From positions 37,884,001 through 37,948,000 of the forward strand of contig CM052818.1 of the NCBI GenBank assembly GCA_028534125.1: a DNA stretch of 64,000 bases, given 5' to 3'. Under the pieces are notes generated by a model. That model was not told the DNA's origin. It was given only the letters and a program-made list of their open reading frames with translations, and did no database searches. This stretch comes from Lama glama. Its lineage: Eukaryota. Below are positions 1-12,000 of the stretch, one piece after another (positions within the stretch are counted from its first letter, which is position 1; the number at the start of each line of letters is the position of its first letter). Position numbers and translations under genes: made by a program.

Positions 1-33
1 CCACACATGGAGGAACTTATTATCATAAGATCC

Positions 34-412
34 TATCTGAATCCACTTGGGCTGATAAATAGAATACCTTAGACAGGCTGGCTTATTAACCACTGAAATT
101 TCATTTTCACAGTTCTGAAGGCTTGAAGTCCAAGATCAAGGTGCCAGCAGATTCAGTGTCTGGTGAGGGCCCACTTCCTGGCTCAGAGGTGACTGTTCTC
201 TGTCTGTGTGTCCTCACATGGCAGACGGGGTGAGGAAGATCTCTGAGGTCTCTTTCCTAAGGGCACAAATTCCATTCATGAGAGCATCGCCCTCATGACA
301 TAATAATCAGCTCCCAAGGGTCCATATCCAAATACCATGACACTGGGTATTAGGGTTCAACATAGGAATTTGGGATGGGGGGAGAAAGGACACAAACACT
401 CAGTCTATGGCA
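34..412 (-). mobile_element. MaLR solo LTR, MLT1A/MLT1A0-like, full length with 5-bp TSD
   Basis: Minus strand starts TGCCATAGACTGAGTGTTTGTGTCC...CCCAAATTCCTATGTTGAA (MLT1A 5' end). Internal 'aagtccaagatcaaggtgccagcagattcagtgtctggtgagggcc' is typical. GATCC flanks both ends (29-33, 413-417). Confidence 0.88.
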
Positions 413-520
413 GATCCCAAATTTAAATAACCTGAGTTTCAGAAAACCAGAGCAAAATACACTTTTCTTTGATTTTATTTACAGAATCCTGGGGAAGAAC
501 TTGGGTAAATTATGAGCCAG

Positions 521-540
521 GTACCTCCTCTAAGCAAAAA

Positions 541-587
<47 letters not shown>

Positions 588-589
588 AT
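521..589 (+). repeat. (TAAA)n microsatellite, probably the tail of a 5'-truncated camelid SINE
   Basis: About 12 TAAA units at 541-588, preceded by 'gtacctcctctaa', which resembles the 3' end of the SINE at 35327 (gtacctccattaaa). Confidence 0.65.
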
Positions 590-701
590 TTAGGAGGTAG
601 GGGCAGAAGTAAGTTTTACTCTCATGGCAGGTCAGAGGCAACACTTGGTATTGAATGGGGAGATTTATTTACCAAATTAAGGAGGGAGAGTTGTGCTAGC
701 A

Positions 702-832
702 GAAAAACTATATTCAATACCTTGTAATAGCCTTTAATGAAGAAGAATATATATGTACCAGCAATTAACACAGCATTGTAAACTGACTATACATCAATAA
801 AAAATTTTAAAAGAAATAAAATAAATAAATAA
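702..832 (+). mobile_element. L1 3' end fragment (artiodactyl/camelid type) with A-rich tail
   Basis: 'aactatattcaataccttgtaatagcctttaatgaagaagaatat...aacacagcattgtaaactgactatacatcaataaaaaa' matches the artiodactyl L1 3' terminus. Confidence 0.8.
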
Positions 833-979
833 GTAAAGGTTAATACTTCAATAACAAAATGTTAAAGAAATGAAAAAATAAATATAATAAAATCAAGGGT
901 ATAATCCTGCACATATACTTCATAGCTTACGAAGTTATTTTTACAAAAGAAATTCACAGCTACTTTCTAATTTATTTCA

Positions 980-1110
980 TGCACAACCCTTGTGATTTAA
1001 GGGATATTTTCCTAAATTTACAGAGGAGGAATCTAAGGCTCAGCGAGAATAAGAAACCAAACGGGATTCAAATAGTTAGTAAAGACTAGAGCCAAAGCAT
1101 GAAAAATGGC
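980..1110 (-). mobile_element. MIR SINE fragment
   Basis: Reverse MIR core 'tttacagaggaggaatctaaggctcag'. Confidence 0.6.
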
Positions 1111-1623
1111 CTTCATTCTTTAATACAGATGCCTTGAAATGTTGATGAACTTGTTGTGTGCATCAACAGTGTTGCAGACATTGATCTGAAAAATGAATGG
1201 TGACTCTCAACATCAGGGCAAAGCGTTCTGCTAGGTGGGACATGGACTGCTGAATGGAGTGCCACTTTCTCTTCTTCTGAAAGAGTGAAATCTTGCTTAG
1301 GGAGGCACTATCGTTGAAATCTTTGCTGCTGTGAAACTGATTTCTCTGTCTGTAACTCGGGTTTAGTCTTGAAGCTAGGCACTCCATGCTTATGACTTTC
1401 ATTGAGACAAGTTGTACCTCGGGGATCTTTCATTTATTGTTTCTTGAGCATTTGCAATGGACAAGGCTGTATGCATGACAGATGGGGGGAGCATGAGACG
1501 GTCACTGCCACCAAACAGTGTACTGTCAGTTGGGCCCGGGATGGATGCGTGTAACTACTTAAAGGTGATGAAGGCCATAAAAGAGGTACAAAAGAAACAC
1601 TATGGGAAAACTGAGAAAGAACA

Positions 1624-2072
1624 TGCTAACCGAAAACAAGAAAACAGCCAGTAATTTTACCAACAAAACAGGTTTATTCTAAAGCAGCAAAAATTGCAAT
1701 TAGGGACATATAACCATGGCGAACCACATGCAAGTTCAGTAAAGATAAGGATAGGATGCTCTTTTATGGAGGAGAGGGTAAGCTGGGAGGGACGGTTATA
1801 CACAAAGAGTCCACTGCAGGAAAGCGGGACTTCCAAGGATAGTGGCTTTTCATTGGCTGAGTTGTGACCATCTCTCACTGGCTGAGCTGTTACCAGAGAG
1901 GAGGAAATCTTTCCCCCTCCTGCTGGTGAAAGTAAAGTCTTGTCACTTCCTGCTGGAAGATGCAAGGTGCGTCTCTTCCTGTTGAGATCTGTATTGTCCA
2001 GTAGTACTTGTGTGAGAGCTCCCCTTTCTGGCCTCCTGACTCAATTATAATGAGGCTTCCCTCTATTTTCGC
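1624..2072 (-). mobile_element. ERV solo LTR (ERV1-like; family not determined)
   Basis: About 450 bp. Minus strand opens with 'gaaaatagagggaagcctcattataattgagtcaggaggccagaaagggg' and has CCAAT (plus attgg ~1852), a TATA-like site (plus ttttat ~1763) and AATAAA (plus tttatt ~1673) in LTR order. No clear TSD. Confidence 0.6.
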
Positions 2073-2741
2073 TGAAGCTCACTGCCACATTAGAACCAAG
2101 GAAAGCACTGCTGTGAAAGTGCCACTTTAGCGGTGCCTAGGAAGACAATACTGCGTAGAAAAGTGGGAAGCTCGTTCGGAGTGGAGCATAGCAAAGCTTG
2201 ACTCAAATCAGTGACTCAAATCTCAACCCTGATTATGTCTATCAGCTTAGGGTCTGACAGTCCATCCCCACCAAAGCTGTGTCTTGTTCACAGTCCGTAC
2301 TGATTGTTCCTCCTCTACTCCGTGATCCATTAGCCCTCCCAGAAATGCCCACAAGTCTATAATCCTGTCTCATTCACTAAGAATAATCACACACATACAC
2401 CAAGATTGGCATTGGTTATTATAAATGCTAGAATATTATAATTTCCTGCTCTTTGCCCTAGTAAGCATCTGTCTTTGTAAATTAAAAAAAAATGATTTTG
2501 TTTTTAGCCCAATGGGATATTATTATGGACTTGTGTAGAAAAGTTAAAAAGAGAGATGCATGATTTCCTGAAATAGTATATATTTTTTTTTTAACGGTTT
2601 TCCCAGCTTCTCCAGGACAAAGGTGGGGACGGGTAGAGGATATCTGAGCCTGGCTTTGGCCACAGTAAAGCTGGGATGCAAGTTTGTAGTTGCAGAAGTT
2701 TCTTGTGAATATATATACAAATTACTAAATATGCAAAATTT

Positions 2742-3800
2742 TTTCACTTAGTCAAAAATATATTTAGAGCAGCTACTATTTACTGACTTATGTGGATCAG
2801 CACAAAACAAACAAAACTGTCCTTGATTGAGCTTGCATTGCAATTGAGAAATAGGCATTAAATATACAATATGATTTGATACATGGTATGATATAGTGTA
2901 ATTTCAAATAATAACGTCAGAAAAAGTAATGCAGAAGGCGAGGTTATTTTTAGATAAAGGAAGTTAGGAAAGACCCAGAGGTAACATTTGAGAGGAGATA
3001 TGAATAAAGAGGTAGAGTGAACACTATGAAATCTGAGGGCAAAGTGGAGGAGGCAGAAGACAAGGGAAAACAACCTGAAACTGGAATAACCTTGGTATTG
3101 TTGAGAAATAGCACGAAGGCCCTGGGCGGAAGTGGAATAAATGAAGAGGAAAATAAAGATGACGTCTAGGAGAGAGGAAAGGGCCAGATCACGTGAGCCC
3201 TCAGAAGCCCAGGATCAGAAGTTCATAATTTATTCTGACTACAGTAGGAAGCCAGGAGGATCTTCAGAAGACAGTAGTTCCTGCTCTGTGAAGAAGTAAC
3301 TATGCTCCGTGTGGGAGGGACCAAAAGTGGAGCAGAGAGAAGTGTGGTGGCATTTGCCACGATCTAATCTTGAACTCAGTAGATATATAGCAGGGAAGAT
3401 GTCGATACATTTAGGGTGTATTTTGAATGTACTCTTGCAAATGAAATGGAAACGAAGGGTAAGAAAAAGAATTTAAGGATGACTCACTGATTTCTGATGT
3501 GAGCAACTGGAGGAACGATGTTACCACTTACTGATATGGAGAACCAGGAAGGATGAGCCAGATGTTGGTGGAAGCATGTGGGGGGTAGGCAATAGATGGC
3601 ATTCCTGTAGTGAGTGGGTGACATTTGCAACATCTTCGTGGAGATGTCAAGTTTACAACTAGAACCCGAAAAAAGGTCAGGAAGAATTTGAGAGTCATCA
3701 GAGTACAGATGGTATTTAAAGCCAGGAGATTGGATGAAATCATCTAAGAAGTAAACACAGAAAAAGAAGTTTGAAGATTGAGGCTTGAGGCACGCAGTCA
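2742..3800 (-). mobile_element. L2 LINE remnant (3' end plus RT region)
   Basis: Reverse L2 tail at ~2742. ORF 3484..3816(-) contains DFIQSPGFKYHLYSDDSQI, the decayed L2 RT 'GFKYHLYADDSQI' motif. Confidence 0.85.
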
Positions 3801-3889
3801 CAGAAGATATAGTCACAGTTCTGGAGTCATCCCAGTTGAATCAAGCCGTCCACATACCTCTAGGGTCTGCATGAGAATAAGTTCGCCAT

Positions 3890-4075
3890 GCTTCTCTCTC
3901 TTTATCCTACTCTGCACTCCGGGAGGCTGATGTCTAAGGAATGCTTCAACCAGACCTCCTGTTCTCTTGCTTCAGTAAGGTTGGAACCATTCTGTGGAAT
4001 CAGCAAGAGGTTGGAAAGTAAGAGGAGAAAGAGGTTGGGCATTTATTTCCCCTGCTCCCTCAGTGCCGGCTTCTT
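3890..4075 (-). mobile_element. ERVL LTR16-like fragment
   Basis: 'ctctgcactccgggaggctgatgtc...gaggagaaagaggttgggcatttatttcccctgctccctc' resembles the LTR16 family consensus. Confidence 0.5.
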
Positions 4076-5596
4076 GGCTATGATACATGGCTATTCAGAA
4101 TTGGAGGTAACTTTATAATTCCCACATGTTTGCTAAGATACTAACTAATCCCGTTTAACTCCAAAGTCACACATGCAAACACTTTCAGAAATCAAAGCAT
4201 TTGTCTCTGCTTAGAAGATGAAGGGAAAAAGCAAATATTAGTTTATGACTAGCTTTCTCACTAGCCTAAAATCTCTCTTTTAGCCAATGCTCAGGGGATT
4301 CACTTGAGGAATGAGTGAATTTATGTGTTTGGTATTTTCCAAAGACCCAGAAGTGAGATTGCATGGATGTAAAAGCAAGTGGGAAGGGAAGAGGAACTAG
4401 AGTTAGGTGGGACAATTCCTGGAAACTTGGAAAGACAAGATGGTGAAATAATATTTCCTCGAAAACATCTCGCTGACAGAATTAGCCCCGGGAAAGGAAT
4501 GACTCAGGGCTGCAGCTTGGTCTAGAGATCTTGACCTGAGCTTCAAACTACTTCCAGACTCTTCGGTGTCTTAAGGACAAAAGCACTGGGATCTATGTTT
4601 TATTTTGAATCTGGTTACCTAAGAACAAAGGCAGTCTCAAGTCATGGGCTTGGATATTTTCTGCTGCCTATTCTGCTCACACAACGCCCCTGGCCCACGT
4701 GGGCTGTGTTCCTTTGGCAGGTTGGAAGTGTTGGCTGAACTGACAAAACCAGTCAGAGAAAGAGAACATCCAAAGTGAAGAGACAGGCCAACAGTCTCCC
4801 TCCAGCCCAGTCTCATGGACGTGTCCTGTGACAGGGGGATGCAAACTTGACCAAGTGGGAAAGGTTGATAGACGTTTCCATGTGCGCTTTACGCCAGATC
4901 TTGTGCTGACACGGCCTTGCAGCTCTCTGATGTCCAGTGAGAGCGATCAAGACCCTTCTCTGAAAGTGCTGGAGTGACTAGGGATCAAACAGCTCGGCCG
5001 TGAATTTGCCCTAACAGACTCATGCTGATGGGGCCTGGCCTCCAGGTCAGAAGCTCTTCAAAGCAACCCTGACTCTGTTCCATTTTCTGACAGCTCCAAG
5101 GAGTCCCAGCTGTGCCTGTGATTGCCTTCACACAACACGGCTCCCCGACCACATTATTTCAGCCAGAGACTGAAGTTTTTGTTCACCATGGCTGTGTTCA
5201 GTCTGCAGCCCCGTAGAAGATGCTGTCTGAGTGCAGGGAATACGTTGAATTTTTGAATTAAAGTCATTCTGCAAAGTGGATGCTTAGGAGGACCATTTCT
5301 GAAATCATAAAAACTGGGTATCTTGTTAGTGATGGATTTGCCCCAGGCCATTTCCCTGAGACGTTGCTATCTAGCAAACAAACCAGTCTCGGGGAAAGTG
5401 AGTGAGATGACATTGATCTATGCGTAAAATTTCCTCTTTCTCCCTTTTACAGGAGCTATATGACATAGACAGCATTTGTAACAATCTGGCAGACTCCTTT
5501 TGTTTATGTGTTGTGTGTGTGTGTGTGTGTGTTGAATGCTCAATTTTGTCCAACAATACGTACTATTTATTTTTTTTAATGGTAAGCATGTAACAG

Positions 5597-6350
5597 TATT
5601 TATTTTTCCAGCTTTATTGAGGCATAATTGACATATGAAGTTGTAAGATATTTAAAATGTACATCATGATGGCTTGACATACATACATACTGTAAAGGGA
5701 TTCCTCCCATCTAGTTAATTAACATGTCCATCATCTTAGATATTTCTCTTCTTCTCTTTTTAGTGAGAACATTTAAGTTTGACCGTCTTAAAATGCCAGT
5801 TACGCAATACCGTGTTATCAGCTACAGTCTTCATGTTATATGTTATATCCCTAGACCTTGTTTATCTTAGAGCTGAAAATTTGTACCCTTTTTCCAGCCT
5901 CTCCCTAATTCCCTCCCCCGCCCCACCCTCTGGCAACCATTTTTCTACTGTTTTGATAAGTGTGACTTAATTTTTTTAAAAGCCCTTGTTTTGTTTGTTT
6001 TTCTCTGACTGACTTATTTCTCGTAACATAATATCCTCAGGGTCCACCCATGTTGTCACAATTTGCTGGAATTCCTTCTTTCCCATGGCTGAATAACATT
6101 CCATTATATAGACATATATATATACCATATCTTCTTCATCCTCTCATCCATTATCGAAAGACACTTAGATTGTTTTCATATCTTGGCTATTGTGAACAAC
6201 GCTGCAGGGAACATGGCGGGGCAGATAGCTCTCTGATACCCCGTTTTCATTTCCTTTGGAAATATACCCAGAAGTGAGAACGCTGGATCATATGGTAGTT
6301 CTATTTTTAATTTTTGAGGAACCTCCATACTGTTCTCCATAGTGGCTGCT
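5597..6350 (-). mobile_element. 5'-truncated L1 (L1MA-type 3' UTR plus ORF2 C-terminus)
   Basis: ORF 6176..6373(-) reads MENSMEVPQKLKIELPYDPAFSLLGIFPKE...MFPAALFTIAK, the L1 ORF2 C-terminal region. Reverse 3' end 'agctttattgaggcataattgaca'. Confidence 0.92.
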
Positions 6351-7022
6351 CTGAGAATATTATTTACTTTCAAATTCCTATGTGATTATTTGAAGGGATT
6401 GATCAAAACCGCTGATAGCCCATTAAAGAAGCCGAATGGAGAGGCTAAGTGCTGAGTTTGAGTCCTGCCTCCGCCACTGACTGGCAAGGAAAGCTGATCC
6501 AAATTTTTCACTGTCCTCATAACAAATGCTTACAATAACAATGTGCATTACTTGTATTAACTCATACTGTAGTGTATATGAAATGGGAAAGCACTTTTTA
6601 ATATTTTTACAAATATTAAACCCTTACTTATACTTAAAAAAAAAACTAGTATGACAGTAGCATTTTTAGATAAACCATCAGGCTACAGAATACCAGGGTG
6701 CATCCTTTGTTCAATATTCAGAACAGAGTCATATGTAAATAGGGGCGAGTTAAATGCATTTGATGTGGATGGGCTTGGAGAAATAATCACTGAAGTATTT
6801 GAGGGGTGATTGGATAAGCAGAATTCAAATTATTCTAAGATTCTAAGGTTCTCTTAGAATTGAGGGGAGGAGGTCTTATCCCAGCCACAGCATATAGACT
6901 AAGAGCTTTCAGGTCAGCAAAGAGGGAATTCAAGGTTTCTATTTATTTATTTATTTTTAAGCTTGACCTTTCATCTCGGACGGAAATGTTACAGAACTGA
7001 CAGCTTCTACGTTGCCGTCACA

Positions 7023-7041
7023 TTCCAACTAGATGGCAGTG
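7023..7041 (+). promoter_or_regulatory. Candidate CTCF motif
   Basis: CAACTAGATGGCAGTG versus CCASYAGRKGGCRS: one mismatch, at a conserved C. TGCCGT lies just upstream, near where the CTCF upstream motif falls. Confidence 0.35.
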
Positions 7042-9789
7042 GTCTTATGGGCAGGGGTCATTTCCTCTCTCCTGAAGCAGACAGAACAGTAGAGGGCACA
7101 AGGTAGAGGCTTGATAAGGGCCCGCTGATTGATTTGCTTGCTTCGTTTCAGTTCCGTCTCTAAACAGAATGCAAAGTGCCATTTGACGCCTGAAACGGCA
7201 ACATTAACTATTTTTATGGATGCTGTACCTTGTGTCTTGTGAAATGAGGGCCAAGGAAATTGCTCTCAGGACACGCTCCCGCGCGGGGCAGTGACTCTGA
7301 CCAGCTTTGTGGGTTCACATTAGCACAGACCCCATTCTCCGGCACCTCCATTTATTAAAGAAGGAAGAAACAATTCTAGGTGCTTCCACACAAACCTACA
7401 CAGTAACTGCCTAGTGCTCCATCCCCCTGTTCTTCTATTAATAATACATTAAACCTCGGTTATAAAAAAAACTCAGAGAAAAAAGAAAAAGAAAAGATGA
7501 TAATGATTTCTTGACAGATCTTGAATGAAAGCCTTTAGCACAGCTTTAACTGAGCTTGACACACCATTTTTAATGTGCCAGTCCCTTCTGTTTCCCAATC
7601 TCTCCACACTTAATTGAGAAGTCCCACTTAGGGATGAAGCCAAGAGTTTAATGAACCTCCTCCCTAAAATCATTAATTCAAAATATCTCTTGTTGATTAT
7701 GCATTTTTTTGGTGATAAGTACTCTGCCTGGTGATGTCTGCATAGAAATGGCTGAATAACCATGTTTTGTGAATAGAACCCACGCTGTTCAAATTGGAAT
7801 GTTTTATTAATCACAGTTCTTAAAAGATATTGAACATTGGAGGGGGTAGATCAGGAAATAAATAATACATACTCTTGAAATGGCCCTGAGATGAGTAGCT
7901 GTTCTCTTTATAAATATTACATACCTCACATAATCCCTTAGGTAAAGACACAATATTCAACACACATAATGATGAACAACAACAAAACAGCATTTTAATT
8001 TGAACCAGAGTAGCCCTGGTGATGGTTTGCTCGTCCTGTTAATACAGTATTCCCTTAGGTCTTATAAACTTGGCTGAAATTAGTAGCCCCCAGTAATAGA
8101 TGACTGTGCTGATATGCAGGGGTCAGCCCACATAGCAGTCCATTTGGTCACTATCAGGGATATGAAATAGAAGAGATGATTCACAGGCAGCGAGGGTGAG
8201 TGAGGGTGTCATTTTATTACCATGTCTGGTACCGAATTTATTCTAGGCACACATGCGTTTATAGCTTTTTCAGTCATTTACCTGCAAAAACAGAACCTGG
8301 GTGTGGCTGGAATTTGGAAAATGCTTTTAATTGCATGTATTCTTTAGTAAAAATTATTGTGGTGCACATTAGCACTGTAAAATGAATTGCTCTCATTAGC
8401 AAATATTATTCATGACAAACTAACACGGAGCATTTTATTTTCCACAACTGTCATTAATAAAATTTTTTTAAGTAAGAAAGAAAAGAAAAAGGAGTTTTCA
8501 AGTAGCCACGTGTGTGTCCATCAGGTTCTCTTGGAGCAGAATGACTCATATTTCTTTTCCCCTGACTTTTGGCTCCAGCTTCTGGGAGCAGGGGTTGTAA
8601 CTGGGGTACCTCAAATCCCAGCAGTTCTGAAATTTCTGGCTGCTATTTCCACACTGATCTTTCACTATCTTTATAGCTAATTATCTGTCCACATAGTTCC
8701 AGTTTGTCTTTTCTAGTAGGATGAGGCAGGAAACTACGTCTAATTCATCTGTGTATGACCAGTGTCTGAGTCTGGGGTAGTGTCTTTTCCCAATGTCTTT
8801 ATATAACCGTAGGTTCAAAAAAAAAAAAAGACAACTTGATTGATTGGTATTTGAATGACAAATCAATTTAAAGACAAGCAAGCAAGGTTTCTTCCTTTTA
8901 GAATTTTATTTTTTTAGTTTTACTCCGCAAAGTCTAAAAATGAAAAGCACACCTGCTTATATTATGTTTAAGGAGAAATGACATATCATATCTTTCCAGG
9001 TCCTGATTTTGTTCAGAACACAGCAATAGCAGACAGCCCTGTAAGATTCTCTTCTGGAGAATCGCACTTACAAGAAGACAGATTTTGCTTCATTTTACTA
9101 AACATGTTTGAGGACCCACTATGATCAAGTCATCGAGGATGCAAAAATATGTACGATAAAGCACTGTCCTCAAGATACATTTTTGGAGAAAACAGATATA
9201 GATTTATGAAAGAATGGGAAGTAGATACAAGATAGAATGAAAAAAGTTTTAAATAAACTCATGGTAGACTTGTTGTCTGAAATTTAGGGTTGTTATACAC
9301 CTTGTTGAACTCACCAGCTCTTTGAGTACAAGATCGATTTTGATTTTCTCTTGTGTCTCAATTCCCAGCAAGTCCTACAAAGAAACTCATACTATCAGAC
9401 ATATATCCAAAAAGGATACTCTCTAGAAACTTCTCTTCTTTTCTGATGTTCTTTGTTGTAGTTCTCCAAGCTAGTAAGTGCCTCACAGAGACATCCTATA
9501 TGATTGGCGTAACAGACTTATATCCGTGTTTTCCTTTTGATGGTGTGACTGGTACCTCAGTGGGAATAACACACGGAGGTCAAGAGGCAGATGCTCTCGT
9601 ACATGCTGTTCAGCTTGTTCAAAAGGAACAAGGGGTTCGGCAAGGGAAGAAGTCAATTCACCAATTTAATAATACTCTGAATATTTCATATCTTCAAATA
9701 TCTTCCAGTAAACTGAGATTTCTACAGAGCAAAAATAGAATCAGGTATTGCATGCATGATTGAAGGGATCAACACTCGGTGTTACGTGT

Positions 9790-10165
9790 TCAAGCCAACC
9801 ACAGCAGCAGGCATGAAATAATTGCAGAAATGAAGAGGACTTCGTTTAGTTTGCTGCTAAATTTGCATATCTGCCTTGCTCCTTTCCTGGGGCGGAGAAG
9901 AGAGGCTTGCATGCTGGAAAGGTGGGGCTTCAAATGCAATGACAGTAGAATTGCAAACATTGCAAATCAAAGAGCTTTTTTTCTGAAATTGGTCACCTTT
10001 CAGTGTTTAGTAACATTAAGTCCTGCATTATTGTTTCCAAGCGCTTCCTGTTGAGTTCTGTGTGAGTCAACTGAAATCCTCCCATCACACTTGTGTGTGC
10101 GCACATGTAAGTGTGAGTACGAGTGTGTGAGACGTAGGGTGAGGAGACCCTTCCCGGGAACCAGG
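9790..10165. promoter_or_regulatory. Candidate enhancer (motif cluster)
   Basis: Non-repeat sequence with RUNX AACCACA 9797, octamer ATTTGCAT 9861, TCF/LEF ATCAAAG 9966, ETS CTTCCTG 10044, AP-1 TGAGTCA 10063 and TTCCCGGGAA 10151. Confidence 0.4.
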
Positions 10166-10599
10166 GCAGGAGAGCTGCACAAAGAGGCAGAGGTGTCAGG
10201 CTTCTGGTGGGTACCGTGTCTTTACAGTAGTTTGAAATTCACGGCAGTAACTGACAACCTAACAAAACCCCATACGATTTGCTCTTTTATAATGTCAGTG
10301 CTCACTGGGAATCAGGAAACGTATCCCCAAATCTTCTGTTAAACTCTTCTTGGATTGTGCTTAAAGAGCATGAGCTGGTGCATATTCTTGGTTTTTCTTG
10401 GTATGTGTCTTGTGCAGAGAACATAGGAGATCTGGGCAAGCCACCCTCCTCCCCAGCTCACGAAGCTTTTTCATCTTCATGCTAAGTTTTTGGCAGGGCC
10501 CCCACAGTGAAGAGGTCAGGGAGTTTCTTTGGATTCATGAATCCAAATGTCCAGAGACCTTCAAATAAACCCATGTCGCTGCTGACCACTGTAAAACAG

Positions 10600-10775
10600 T
10601 TAGCACAGTGATCTTGGGCAAGTTTCAAAACTTATAGCACCTCAATTTACTCATCTATAAAATGGGTCCAATAAGGTACCAATCTTAGGAGATTGTGAAG
10701 ATTGAATGAGTAAGCACATGCGAAGGGTCTAGAACACTCCCTGACAAATATATAGCATCCGATATGCGTAAGTCA
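10600..10775 (+). mobile_element. MIR SINE
   Basis: 'gtgatcttgggcaagtt...cctcaatttactcatctataaaatggg...gattgtgaagattgaatgag'. Confidence 0.85.
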
Positions 10776-10949
10776 TGATTTATGTAAGTCATGCTGCTGA
10801 CACCGTTTACTGGGGGCCTGATACGGAGCCTATTGGAGACCCGCTGACTGTATCACTATGAGATGGTGACGGAGAAACCCTGAGCCCTTGGAGACTACAA
10901 CCTTGACGGGCACTCCTAGTCCCTCCTTCTCCAGAGTCATTCACTGAAT

Positions 10950-11130
10950 GGCGAGCAGTGAAACCGCCTCCTCCAGGAAGCTTTCCTGACTGCTCCAGGC
11001 TACACGGACTGCCCGTGCAGGTCATCTGGACGGTCCAGGTCACCATTCCCTCTCTTATTTGTGCCGTGTGTTTCTGCCCTGCTGTCCCACCTAGAGTGTG
11101 ACGTCCCTCTGGTCCTCAGTGTTTCATACA
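10950..11130 (+). mobile_element. L2 fragment
   Basis: 'cctcctccaggaagctttcctgac...cccacctagagtgtga' matches the L2 3' region. Confidence 0.55.
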
Positions 11131-11202
11131 ACTTGAAATCCCTATTGTTGTGGCTCACATATGCAGGGAAGGTTAAGGCTTGTTAAGGCGGTTCCTGGTG
11201 GG

Positions 11203-11204
<2 letters not shown>

Positions 11205-11235
<31 letters not shown>
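11205..11235. repeat. (GT)15 microsatellite
   Basis: Perfect GT run seen directly. Confidence 0.95.
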
Positions 11236-11238
<3 letters not shown>

Positions 11239-11849
11239 CAGTGCTGCTTTGGGGTGGAGGGGGCAGCATATCACCTCTCCTTGCCAGTCTGGGCCCCAGA
11301 ATTCAATGATAATTGCACATTGTGCCCTCCTTGCCCTAAAACCTGTATTTAACCATCCCTGAAGGGGTGCTTAGAACTATATACAAAGGCAATGAAGATT
11401 AAACAACAATGGCTAAACCCAGTTTATAGAAATAATGCTACATAGTTTTCTAACTCGAGCATAATTATATATTTAGCAAACTATAAATTGAGCTGGGTAG
11501 TGCTCGCAGAGACGTTTCTTTCATTGTGAAAGCACGGCAGAGGCTTTCAAACTACTTTATTCTACTCTATTTTTAATATATTATTTATTATTATTATGTT
11601 TTTACCTATGTGCATTTTCTTCTGACAAAATCTTAGGCTGAAAACCAAGTACAGAAACAGAAGCGAGAGAGAGAAAAGAGTGTGTGCTCGGAAAAGGGAG
11701 CGACTGACAGCTGTCTCATGGGGAAGGAGCATTGGGTGGTGGTCCTCAGATTGACTCAGTCATTTCCCCCCCACCCCCCTGGGCACCTTCTGTGGGTATT
11801 TAGGGCCCAGTGGGACCTACTGACTCTAAAGAGAATGAGCCGTGGAATG

Positions 11850-12000
11850 AGGTGGGGGTTCAAGTCTTGATTCTGCCACTTGCATGAAAGAAAATTATGG
11901 GCACGTCTTTTGACCTCTGTGAGCCGCAAGATACAGATAATAACGGTTAATGTATTACCCTCAAGAGTTGTGAGAATTAACAGACATGTGGTACAAAGAT
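11850..12000 (+). mobile_element. MIR SINE fragment
   Basis: 'ggggttcaagtcttgattctgccactt...acctctgtgagcc...gagttgtgagaattaa'. Confidence 0.65.

Noticed and set aside
7300..7900. 3' UTR/poly(A) site of a minus-strand gene
   Set aside because: AATAAA hexamers (7351, 7803) are common in AT-rich DNA, and there is no upstream coding exon or clear downstream element.
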